Assembly: GCA_964187785.1 (NCBI GenBank) | Contig: CAXLNC010001113.1 | Coordinates: 1-64,000, forward strand | Source: Amphiscolops sp. MND2022 | Lineage: Eukaryota | Direction: 5' to 3' | DNA: 64,000 nt | Shown: positions 1-10,531 of the stretch, in pieces | Numbering within the stretch: the stretch's first letter is position 1 | Layout of the letters: the number at the start of each line of letters is the position of its first letter | The notes under the pieces: generated by a model | What the model saw: the letters and a program-made list of their open reading frames with translations, nothing else | Told to the model about the DNA's origin: nothing | The model's database searches: none | Translations under genes and position numbers: made by a program

Positions 1-310
1 GAACCAATCCCCCTTAATTAAGGGGGTGGAGGTTCACTCCCTTAATTACCCTGAAGACCCAAAACCCCCTTAATTAAGGGGTCCAGGTCTGAAGCTTTAA
101 TTAGGGGGTCTGTGTGGCCTGGACCCCTTTAATTAAGGTGTCTGACCTTTCGAGAAAATCCAAAACAGACCCCTTAATTAAGGAGTCTGGCTAAACACCT
201 AAAATTAGCAGATTTAATTAAGGTGTTTTAGGTCTTCAGGGTAGGGGGGGGGGCTGTCGAAACCCCTTTTTTATAGTGGCTTTAAACTGCGACCCCCTTA
301 ATTAGGGGGT
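1..310. repeat. Cluster of palindromic CCCC-TTAATTAA-GGGG motifs (fragmented non-autonomous repeat)
   Basis: Several variants of cccc(t)ttaattaagg(gg), e.g. 10-26; a similar motif recurs near 2035-2050. Confidence 0.5.
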
Positions 311-328
311 GAAATGTCACCCGACAAA

Positions 329-563
329 CCCTGAGCGCCGAAAACTCACTAGTCTTAATTTAGTGAGGCGCCGCCTCCTTAATTAGTGAGGCAGCTTTTG
401 CGGCCAAGCGCCTCACTAATTTCTGATGTTCGTCCTTGAAAACATAGCATATCCTGGCAAAATCGCCTCACTAATTAGGGAGCCAAGAGGCACCCAAACG
501 ACTCACTAATTAACGAGGCGGCGCCGAAAACTAAATTAATTAGTGAGTTTTCGGCGCTCAGGG
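329..563. mobile_element. MITE with 23-bp perfect terminal inverted repeats
   Basis: CCCTGAGCGCCGAAAACTCACTA (329-351) is the exact reverse complement of 541-563. TA follows on the right, but the left flank is AA. Confidence 0.7.
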
Positions 564-2468
564 TAATTAAGATGGTATGGGTTGTTAGGGCTATTAATTC
601 TGAAAAAAAAAACATGACGCAATGAATAATTATCGGCCCCATGGCAGAAATAACATGCTGCTCAGTTGTCTTGCTCACACTGCTGGCAAGCAACAGCAAG
701 AATGCTAGCACCGCTTATGTCTCGGAGCGCTTGCGGATCTCAAGGACAGGTGGCAACAAGTGCTGACCTGGACAGACACAATCAACTTCTAACTCTGAGA
801 GCACAAGGCAATGCACTCTGACAGCACATGGCTACGAACATGCAGCTTCATTATAGATGGGTTTTGCGTGCTCAGAAAAATTGTATGACAAGAAAGATTT
901 CTTCAAGGGATTACAAGTGAAATCCTCCTCTTTCAAGGGAGAGAAATTCGTGTACCAGTGCCAGGTCCCCCCTGAAATCTGTATGGGTCAGAAAATAACG
1001 GGTATGAACGATTTTGGTTATTAATCCAGCAAATCATATGGACCAAGGGGGGCGAAAAAAAATTGAAAAAACACCCTCCAGCCGGTACCAGTACGAAGAT
1101 TCAATTTCCCAATCTTTTGCAAGAATTCCTTAGTTGGAGTTCTCTTTCGCAAATAAATCTTGATTTCTTGTGTCAAAGGGTGGGCAAGAGTGCTTCTTGT
1201 GATTCACAAGTCAAGAACAGATCCCTACACACATAGATTGGAGCAAGCTCAGAAGAAAATGGAAGAATGGAGTCAATTGTGAGTGCAATCCCCTCACCCC
1301 CCGACACCAATCAGACTGAGAGAGCAACAAGATACAGTAGCAAGAAGCATCTCTTTGTGCAAGCTTGTTGCCTTATGATCAGATTTTGCCTCCAGGGCAG
1401 CGATTGATCTTCACTACCCTCAAGCCCTGCATCTCCTGTGCTGCAGCTTGGTGGAGCTGTCATCATCAGAGCTCAGAGATGCCAGAGTTGTAGTTACGAG
1501 CCAAAGAATCAGACCAACTTTATACATGGCTGTGGAGTTTGAGATTATTACCTGATTGTTTCGAAAAGGGCCTTCTCCTGTAGTTCTTTACTGTGCATAC
1601 TTCGAACCGAAGTCAATCCTGTAGTTCTGGGCATCTGTTGGTCCTGACTGTCAATGTTTGCTCCCCACTGAATTCCCCCAAAGATATCTCCCATCCGACC
1701 CCTTCCTGCAACGCAATCTCGGCAAAGAACAAAAAAACCCCAACGCGATGATTTTGAACATTACGGTATACATGTACGAAGTTTTTCGAGAGCCTTTCGC
1801 GGCATGGACATCCGCGCTAAAGAAAAAAGACGCCCGCACCAAAAGTGAGTCTTTGCCTGCGGCCCTGTGGTGGAGAGAAACTTTCTAAGCCCCAGCGCAT
1901 CCGGGCATCAGGGCCAGGAATGTCCCCGAAAAAAATCCGAGTTGAAAACTTTGTCCATGTCGCTTTTGCTTTTCCCAGACTCCCGGACAACCCACTCCCC
2001 CCCCTTTTTTAATAAGGGGGTGGAGGTTCATTCACCCCCTAATTAAGGCGGGTGGAGTGTCTGAAACCACTTCTTTTACAGTGCTTTGGGGGCCCTGCGC
2101 CCCCTTAAAACAAAGGGGTGAAAGCGCACCCCCCTTTTCTAAAGGGCTGTGGGTTGCAGGGCTAGCACTTTTTTCCTGAAGGTGCACACTTATCACTCAT
2201 TTGAGAGGTCTTGAGAGGTCAAGGAAAGGTCTGGATGTGCCGTCACCAGCGAAGAAGAAGCAAAGATGCCTTGCCGATGGTCCTGAAAGAAGGCTCCCTT
2301 TGAAGAGACCTACATCCTCAACAATCCATGGTGTTTGTTTGTTGAGCTGTCTGCTGCTTCTTCCGAGGAATCACCTTCTGGAAACACACAGGAACTATAT
2401 GTAACCATCAAGACTTATCCCTCCCTTGTTTCTTTTGTCAAGTGTTTCTCTTTTTTTGTTGTCCCTCC

Positions 2469-2749
2469 CTTAGTGACCTTCCAAACACAAACGCAGAACC
2501 GCAGCGTTTTAGCTACGCAATTTCCCAGAACGCAACTCTGCCCCTGGTGGTAGTTCTAAATCGCAGTTCTAATCGCAAATCGCAGTTAGATACGCTGCGT
2601 CTTGGCACGCAATTCCCCAAATCGCATTGGCCTCTTTCCTTTAGTGCCCTAAGTCGCGCCGTTTTAAAACGCAGCGTCTTCAAGACGCAAAAGCCACTAA
2701 ATCGCAAACGCTAGCGTTTTGTGAATCGCAGTGTTTTAGTGCCACTAAG
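2469..2749. mobile_element. Non-autonomous DNA transposon, CTTAG...CTAAG family, 8-bp TSD (hAT-like)
   Basis: Termini CTTAGTG/CACTAAG; identical flanks GTCCCTCC at 2461-2468 and 2750-2757. Confidence 0.8.
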
Positions 2750-3218
2750 GTCCCTCCTAAAGGCCTACGTAAAACCCAGACAAGCGAGACGGAAGGTCAT
2801 TATCTCTAAAGGGGTCTTTTCACTGGAGGAATTTCTGTAATCTCTAAAATCTCCAAATTCTCTAGAATCTCTGGAAAATGGTCAGATTCTCCTTTCTTTT
2901 CTACAGTCCGGGGGCTCTCTAGAATCTCTAAACTCTTTAAATAATCTCTAGAGTCTCTGGAAGATGGACGTTTTTGAAAAGACCCCCTTCTCCCAAAGAC
3001 CCCTTTTCTCAAAGACCAGAGACAAACTAGAGGTCTCGGAAACGGCATCTGCAGAAACGGCGTCTGCAATCGCGTCCGTATCGACGATGTGGGGTTGACA
3101 CTGAATTTCCGTAGCGGCTTTTCCTGTGAAAAGAAATCTGCATTTGCTGGTCTGTCAAGGCTGAGTTTCTGTGTTGGGTCTGGAGATCCGTGTAGCTTCC
3201 AGGATCGAAATTGAATCT

Positions 3219-3349
3219 TGCTAGAGACCATGTTCCCCCAGCTTCACTTCCCAGCTTGACCGACGACAAGCTTGAGCTTGGTGGCCACACCTTGGCTCAA
3301 GCTTCGCTGAGCTTAATGCAAAAGGCAAGCTTGCTTTCTCAGCTTAGCA
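3219..3349 (+). repeat. 5' LTR of AGCT element copy 1
   Basis: TG...CA termini; 126/131 identical to 10532-10662. Confidence 0.9.
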
Positions 3350-3361
3350 TGGTAGCAGAGC
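3350..3361 (+). promoter_or_regulatory. Primer-binding site TGGTAGCAGAGC (3' acceptor end of initiator tRNA-Met)
   Basis: Abuts the LTR; complementary to the ...CUCUGCUACCA end typical of eukaryotic tRNA(iMet); the identical 12-mer follows the 5' LTR of copy 2. Confidence 0.85.
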
Positions 3362-3440
3362 TTGCGTCTAGGCAGCTTCTAGGGTGCACCTTTGCTTTTC
3401 TTTGGTAGCAACCTAGGAGCAGCAGCGGTGAAACTGCCCC

Positions 3441-6400
3441 ATGCAAGCCTTGTGGGCCCCCCACCTCCCCTCTTATGGGAGTGTGGACGCCACCACAAGC
3501 TTGCATCCCTTCCAAAGACAACAACAACCTAGGGAAGAAGAAGAAAGCTTGAGAGTAGCAAGCTTTCAAGCTCAGCAAGAACAACAGGACCCAGGAAAAG
3601 CTGTGAGATCCTCTAGTCTAAGTGACCTTGGGGGAACTCCAGCTTTGTTCCAAGATGCTGTGAGCTCTTCAAGTTTCGGCCTTGGGAGAGCTCCAGCTTT
3701 AGAACACATGCATTCTGAAAGGAGCAGTGTCTCTAACTCAGCTTCTTCTTCGGAAGAGCACATGACTTGCAGGCACATGCTTTCCAGGAAACTTGCCCCA
3801 GTAATCACCCAGCTTAGCATGGCAGTGGTTAGCTTGCAGGAATGCATCAAGACACTGGTGGAGCTTCAAAGTGATAGCTTCAACCAGCAAGATGCACCGG
3901 CAAGGTTTAGGGAGTCTAGCTTAGGTAGCTTGAACTCAACTAGGGCCAACACCAACAGCAACAAAACACAAGAAGAGAGGAGTAGCTTAGAGCTTACTCC
4001 CAGAACTTGCAAAAGCAAGTCTGACGAAACAGGGTCGCACCCTGAGCTTGAGCCAGAGGAGCTTGCGCAGACAGAGGCAGAACAAGAAGCAGAAGAACAA
4101 GAAGAAGGAGAAGAAGCAGCACAGCTTGCTGCTTCACAAACGGGTCCAGCAGAACAACAACAACAACAACAACAACAGCCTCTAGCTTACAAAAGCACAT
4201 GGGAGCACTACTCACAAAGACAGCTTCCAAAACATAAGAGGTGGTGCTTGATATGCTGGAAAAGAGGACACACAACAGAAGCTTGCTAGTACAATGACCA
4301 GCGGCAAAACCAGCAGCACCAAACAGCTTGGGCTGCACCAAGCACAATGCAGCAACAGCCTGCAGGAGCTTTCGCGAAGGAGTTAGGACATAGGTCTTAC
4401 AACTACAGCTTAACCTTAGGAGACCAACCCATGGGTAGCTTGCAGCAATCAGCGCAAGCATCAACACAGCAGCTAGCTTACAAGAGCCCAGAACAAAGCA
4501 CTAAGAACAGCCTAGGCCAACAATCTCAGCACAGCTTAGGAACATCATACAAGAACAGCTTAGGAGAGCATAAGAACAGCCAAAGCAACTGGGCAATCTT
4601 GATAGACGCTGGAGCTGAGATCAGTGTAGCTCCTAGAAGCTTTGCTCCAAACATTCCTCTTAGGGCTTTGGAGCGACCAATGGAGCTTAGGACTGCAACA
4701 GGCGAAGCTATTCCTATCTTTGGTCAGAAGAACATGCATCTTGTGACTGAGAACTTGTGCTTTGAAATCAGCTTTGTGATTGCGAATGTGACCACTCCAA
4801 TTCTTGGAGTAGACACCTCGCTCAGAGAGAACCTTAGCTTAAGGCTAGAAGGTCGCCAGCAACAGCTTGTTCACCAATCAGGACAGTTCACCCAGCTTAA
4901 TCAAGAGGGGCAGCTTCTTTATCTTAGAGCTTTCCTTGTGCAGCTTGGGTCTACTATCCACATGATAGGCAGCTTGCTTGAAGACAGCATCTTGCCAGAG
5001 AACAAGTTGGAGCAGGCAGCTTTAGGAGCAAGAGCAGAACTTAGCAAAAAAGAGGTTCTAGATCAAGGGGGAGCTTATGGCCATAGCTTCTCCCAAGAGA
5101 ACCTTGACAATGAGCACAACTTAGGTAAGAACAAGACAGCTTTAGGAACAACAACTTTGCAGCAATTAGGACAACAAACAGCTTACAAAGACAAGAAGAA
5201 CAAACCTTCTGCAAAGGAATCTTCTCCCCAACAGCTTGGGACGAGAAGAAAGAAGCAGAAAGGTCAGCAACCTGCAGCCAGCGAGCTTAGGACCAACTTG
5301 CGGAAGACTAGGTGCATCAACAAGATAGAGCTTGCTTTGAAGGCTGCAGAAGAGAAAACAAGCTTGGACATAGAAACAAGGTTGGATCTTAGCTTCAGGT
5401 TCTTGCTAACCTTTAGCTTGATCAACCGGTGGCAGATAGCCACAGCAAAAGTAAGCACAGCTTACCCAGAAGGCCCAGCATACCCCATCAACTTGGAGGA
5501 GCTTGGTCTTCGAACATGTGCAGCTGACTCCAACATCTTCTTTGGAGACCAGCTTTTGATCATGCAATTTCAGGGGGAGTTGTTGATAGGAGGAGCCCAG
5601 CTTCAGCAGGAAGGTCTGATCAACCAGCTTTCCGCATTGGACCTCCTACAAGAGACAACCCAGCTTGATCACAACACTCCAGTCATCTTTCAGAACAAGA
5701 TCTTGGAGCACAACAAGCTGGAACACAACATCAGCTTGCACATGCCACTAGCTTTCTACATGCAGCTTTTGTAAAGACACAACTTAGAGCATGAGACAGC
5801 AACAAACTTGCCCCAAGAAAAGCTTGCACCAAAAGCATCCAGACAGAACAAGCAAGTCTTGGATGCAAAGCAGCAAGAGCTTTACAAGAAGACGGTTGGG
5901 CAACTACTCTGGTCAAGAGCTTGCCGACCAGATACAAGCTATGCTGTTGCACAACTCAGCTTGAGCTTGGAAAGCCCAACCGCACATGATCAGGAACAGC
6001 TTTTCTGTTTGCTTAGGTATTTGAAGGGCACCATGCATTATAGCTTGATCTTGCAACCTTGGAGAAAGAAGTCTTTGGAGAAAGCTAGGCACACTGAGCT
6101 TCTAGCTTACTCATCTACTTCTTGGACAAAAGAAGCCAGTCCAACCAGCACAGCTTGCTTGTCTTGCTGGGGTGTTACCTTAGCAACTTGTTGTAGACAA
6201 GCAAGAGGAGCTTGGACACAAGAAGCAGCAGAACTTGACTCAGTAGTGTTGGCTCAACAACTTGCCTTTCACTACCAGAGCTTGGTTCAGGGGATGCAGC
6301 TTGACCTTGCATTGCCTGTTCATCTTCAAGTGTTTTGCTGCAGCTTGTCTTGTGAATTGGTGACTGGGAGACCTTTAGCTTTACAGCTTGGTCTTTCCAG

Positions 6401-7391
6401 AAGAAAGCAGCATGCTCAACTTAGGACTAAGCATGGTCAGCTTAGGCTTAGCAAGGTGCTTCCAGCAAAGAACCTTGCAGAGAGTCTGACCAAGAACCTT
6501 TCCGCCGCTAGCTTTCACAGGTTGCTACCCAAGCTTATGGTGCACACTAGGGCTGTCGATTCGCAAGCTTTGCTTACTAGGCTTAGCCAAGATCAGTTAG
6601 CTTTCTTTTGTAGCAGCTCCTCTAGCTTCTTCATTGGGATGGTAGCTTTGCATCCCAAGATGGCACAGACAAGAACTTTCTCAACAGATGTTTCATTGCA
6701 GCTTCCTAGCTTGACTGAGAGAGGAAAAGAGACAGAGAAGGACCCAGCTTTCCCACAGCTTGCTACAGAACAGCTTCAGAAAAGGATCGTCCCACGAAAG
6801 AGCTTCTTACAGTGCCAACAGCTTTCCAGGAGCAGCTTAGACAGCTTGATCAGACAGAGCTTGAGCGAACAGCTTTGCAGGAACAGCTTAGAGAGCTTGA
6901 GCGAACAGCTTTGCAGGAATATCAGCCAGAGCTTGAGTGAACAGCTTTGCAGATATCACTTACAGAGCTTCAGCGAACAGCTTTGCACGAATAGCTTTCA
7001 GAGCTTGAGCGATCAGCCTTACAAATGTAGCTTTCAGAGTTTCAGCTTCCAGCTTTGCAAGAGCAGCTTAGATGGATTGATCAGACAGCTTGACCTTGTA
7101 CCCAGCTTGAGCTTGGCATCAGAGCTTGGCTCAAGGAGTTACAGAACACAGCTTCAGTCAACCAATTCGGACAACAGCAGCTTCGAGAATAGAGCTTGCA
7201 CCAGCGCAGCTTTGCTTGGCTCAACTCAGGTTGGGCACAAGCAACTTCAGCAGACACAACAGAGCTTACAGCTTACAAAGGTGCAGCTTTGCCAATGCTT
7301 GGCTCAAAGGGGAGTTCAGCACAAAGCTTCCCACAACATAGCTTTGAGCAAGAGATCTTTGAAAAGATCAGCGACAGGAAGATCTTGGTGA
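3441..7391 (+). pseudogene. Gag-protease-pseudoRT-pseudoRNaseH polyprotein interrupted by two in-frame stops
   Basis: ORFs 3441-4289, 4347-5774 and 5808-7391 share one frame, split by TAG (4287-4289) and TAA (5772-5774). CCHC knuckle CLICWKRGHTTEAC, protease LIDAGAEIS, copia RT C-terminal motifs (RPDTSYAV, LRYLKGT), RNase H end NLAESLTK. No integrase and no YVDD. Confidence 0.8.
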
Positions 7392-7594
7392 TCAAGATCT
7401 TCACACACAGCTTCCACAACAACCACCAAAAGCACAACAAGGAGCTTGCAGAGAACCTTGCTTTCAATCCTTTGGTTCATCTTCTTGCTTAGCAACATCC
7501 TGGTTGACAAGCAGCTTGCAGATAAACCTTTTCAGGAAGAACAGCTTCAGCAACAGCTTCAGGATACCATACAGGAGAAGGCGAGAAGCTTGAG

Positions 7595-10102
7595 TTGCAG
7601 GAGCACCATGCAGAGCTTGCTTTCAACTTAGCTTGTAGCCACCAGCTTCAACATAACAACCGGAACAACCCAGCTTTGACAACAGAGCCTTGGGAGAATG
7701 CGCTTGGAATGAACCTTGCAGAGCTAGCAGCTTGGAACATTCAGCTTTTCAACCACAACCCCGACAACATCACCATAGAGCTTGCAAAGACCGAGCTTCA
7801 GCACAAGAAGAAGAAGCAGACCAACATAGCTTCTCAGCAGCTTGGTCAGCAACAACTTAGCTTACAACAACCAGACGCAGCAATACAGCTTCAACAGCTT
7901 TGTCTACAAGATCCAGCTTCAGCAACCAACAGACAGCTTCCAAAGGAATCTTTGTCTTCAACGTGTCTTTCAGACAGCAGCTTGGATCCAGCAGCCAGTC
8001 TCTCAGACAAACTTAGCTTCTCAAAGCAGAGGCTTTCAGATCAGGATCTTCCAGACAACAGCTTTGACAAGAACAAGCAGAAGCAACCCTTAGAGAAGGA
8101 GAATCAAGAGAAGAAGCTTCAGGTTCAACTTCTCTACTACAAGTTCTTTCCAGAGAACCTTGGGCAACAACTTTCAGAACAGCAGCTTCAGGACGGCAAT
8201 CTTGACCAGACAAACTTTCAGCAGCTCAGCTTCGAACAGCCCAGCTTCAGAAAGAAGATCTTGAACAATGAGCTTGCAACAAACCTTGCGAACAACAAGA
8301 CCTTTGAGGAGAACCTTTTCTTTCAGAGCTTCTTCTTTGACAACTTGACCTTCCAGAAGAAAGCTTCAGGCAAGGTAGTCGAGAAGAACTTCTGCAAGAA
8401 GCAGCTTGCAGAGAGCAGCTTTACCCAGCCAGGAAAAGAAGCTTGCACAGAACAACTTCTAACAACTTGCTTTCCAACAGCAAGTGCCAACAAGCAACTT
8501 TACAGCAGCTTGGTTCAGCAGAGTGTCGCCAAAGCAACTTCACATAGAGACCTTTCCCCAGCTTCCTCTCAAAGAGCCACTGGGCAGAAAGAACTTCTTC
8601 ACAGAGAGCTTCCAGAAGCACAGCCTGAAGACAGACCTTCTGCAAGAACACCTTTGCAGAGAACAGCTTGCAGAGAAGAACTTCTACCACACCAGCTTCT
8701 ACAACAACAACTTTCCAGAAGAGACCTTCACCAAGACAGCTTCTCAGACAGCAGCTTGACAGAAGAGAGCTTCAGAACAGCAACTTCTCAGACAGCAGCC
8801 TTGAGAACACGACCTTCAGACAGGCAGCTTCAGAGACAGCAGCTTGGAAACAGAAACTTTCAGAACAGCAGCTTCGAAAAGAACACCTTTGACACAAGCA
8901 GCTTCTCAGAGCACAGCTTTGAGGCCACCACCTTTGACAAGAACACTTTGGCAGCCACCAGCTTCCAAAAGAGCACCTTCAAAGACCAGGCCTTTGCCAA
9001 GGGCAGCTTTGAGAAGAACAGCTCGGAAGACACCAACTTAGCAGAGAACAGCTTCAAAGAGACCAACTTCCAGGAAGAGACCTTCCCAGCAGCGAGCTTT
9101 GAAGCAAGCAGCTTGAGAGCAGAGACCTTCACAGACACCAGCTTTGAAGAAGAGAACTTCTCAGAAAACAACTTTGAGAACAGCCGCTTCACAGACAGCA
9201 ACTTAGACAAGAACAGCTTTGACAAGCACAGCTTCACCAAGAGCAGCTTCAAGAAGAGCAGCCTTGAAAAGAGCAGCTTGGACAGGAGCAACTTACACAG
9301 GAGCAGTTTGGACAAGAGCAGCTTCCCAGAGAGCAGCTTGGACAGGAGCAGCTTCGAAGAGAGCAGCTTTGCCAAGAGCCGCTTTCCGGAGAAGAGCTTC
9401 ACCGAGCACAGCTTTCTACAGCACAACTTCTACAAGAGCCCCTTCGAAGAAAGCAGCTTCGACCACAGCAGTTTCAACCAGAGCAGCTTCGAAGAGAGCA
9501 GCTTCGACCAGAGCAGCTTGGAAGAGAGCAGCTTGAACAGCAGCTTTGAACAGAGCAGCTTGGAGCCGAACAGCTTCGAAGACAGCAGCTCTGAAGCAAG
9601 CAGCTTCAGAAGCACCAGCTTTCCAGAAGACAGCTTGACAGCAGCAGCCAGCTTGGCAGACAGGCGCTTTAAGAGACCAGCTTTGCCAACTGAGCTTGCA
9701 CAGCTTGAGCTTGACAGCCACGCTTTGCACACCTTTCAGCAAAGCAGCGTGGCAGTCGGCAGCTTCAAAGAGAGCAGCTTGAGAACGAGCAGCTTGAGGA
9801 AGAGCAGCTCGACAACGAGCAGCTTTGAAAAGAGCAGCTTCAAAGAGCACAGCTTAGAAGACAACAGCTTGACAAAAGAGCACTTCGACAAACACAGCCT
9901 CGAGAGCAACAGCTTTCAGCAGGACAGCTTTCAGCAAAACAGCTTTAAGCAGGACAGTTTTAAGCAGGACAGCGTTCAGCAAAACAGCTCTAAGCAGGAC
10001 AGCTTTCAGCAAAACAGCTTTAAGCAGGACACCTTTAAGCAGGACAGCTTTCAGCAAAACAGCTTTCAGCAGGACGGACAGCTTTCAGCAGAACAGCTTT
10101 AA
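7595..10102 (+). CDS. Extra 3' ORF with a long x-S/N-F/L-x-x pentapeptide repeat array (function unknown)
   Basis: 835-aa ORF; about 50 consecutive pentads from about 8850. The non-repetitive part shares motifs with 47032-49530 (QLCLQDP, YYKFFPEN, NNELAT). The array continues after a frameshift into ORF 10188-10760. Confidence 0.6.
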   Translation: MQEHHAELAFNLACSHQLQHNNRNNPALTTEPWENALGMNLAELAAWNIQLFNHNPDNITIELAKTELQHKKKKQTNIASQQLGQQQLSLQQPDAAIQLQQLCLQDPASATNRQLPKESLSSTCLSDSSLDPAASLSDKLSFSKQRLSDQDLPDNSFDKNKQKQPLEKENQEKKLQVQLLYYKFFPENLGQQLSEQQLQDGNLDQTNFQQLSFEQPSFRKKILNNELATNLANNKTFEENLFFQSFFFDNLTFQKKASGKVVEKNFCKKQLAESSFTQPGKEACTEQLLTTCFPTASANKQLYSSLVQQSVAKATSHRDLSPASSQRATGQKELLHRELPEAQPEDRPSARTPLQRTACREELLPHQLLQQQLSRRDLHQDSFSDSSLTEESFRTATSQTAALRTRPSDRQLQRQQLGNRNFQNSSFEKNTFDTSSFSEHSFEATTFDKNTLAATSFQKSTFKDQAFAKGSFEKNSSEDTNLAENSFKETNFQEETFPAASFEASSLRAETFTDTSFEEENFSENNFENSRFTDSNLDKNSFDKHSFTKSSFKKSSLEKSSLDRSNLHRSSLDKSSFPESSLDRSSFEESSFAKSRFPEKSFTEHSFLQHNFYKSPFEESSFDHSSFNQSSFEESSFDQSSLEESSLNSSFEQSSLEPNSFEDSSSEASSFRSTSFPEDSLTAAASLADRRFKRPALPTELAQLELDSHALHTFQQSSVAVGSFKESSLRTSSLRKSSSTTSSFEKSSFKEHSLEDNSLTKEHFDKHSLESNSFQQDSFQQNSFKQDSFKQDSVQQNSSKQDSFQQNSFKQDTFKQDSFQQNSFQQDGQLSAEQL

Positions 10103-10521
10103 GCAGGACAGCTTTCAGCAAGACGGCTTTCAGCAGAACAACTTCCAGCCGGACAGCTTTCAGCAGACCAGCTTTCAGCAGAACAGCTTGCAGCAGAACA
10201 GCTTTCAACCAGACAGCTTCAGGCACAGCAGCTTACAAGCAACCAGTTTTCAGCAGAACAGCTTTCAGACCAACAACTTTCCGAGAAGAACTTTGACGCC
10301 TGAGCTTCCAGAGCTTCAGCGCACTGAGCCTACAAAGCTTGAGAAAACAGCTTTGACTACTGAGCTTGCACAGCTTCAGCACAAACCTTTGACGACTGAG
10401 CTTGCACAGCTTGGAGAGCCAACTTTCAGCACTGAGCTTGCAGAGCTTGACAGCGCAACTTTGCAACAAGCGGGGAGCTTTAGCATTCCTTCCTGGACGA
10501 AAGCTTTGGACTGCTTAGTCC

Positions 10522-10531
10522 AGAAGGGGAG
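10522..10531 (+). promoter_or_regulatory. Polypurine tract AGAAGGGGAG
   Basis: Directly precedes the TG of the 3' LTR. Confidence 0.8.

Noticed and set aside
3350-3361. tRNA gene
   Set aside because: Only a 12-nt complement of a tRNA end (PBS); no cloverleaf around it.
7126-7135. Internal TTGGCTCAAG upstream of the pentapeptide ORF
   Set aside because: The homologous site in copy 2 reads TTGGCTCAAA and the element is rich in similar words, so chance is likely. The same caveat weakens, but does not remove, the LTR finding.
8860-10226. Antisense Leu/Ala-rich ORFs (KLLLS, KAVLL repeats), also at 47434-48142
   Set aside because: Expected from a stop-poor 15-bp repeat; fragmentary and without conserved unique sequence.
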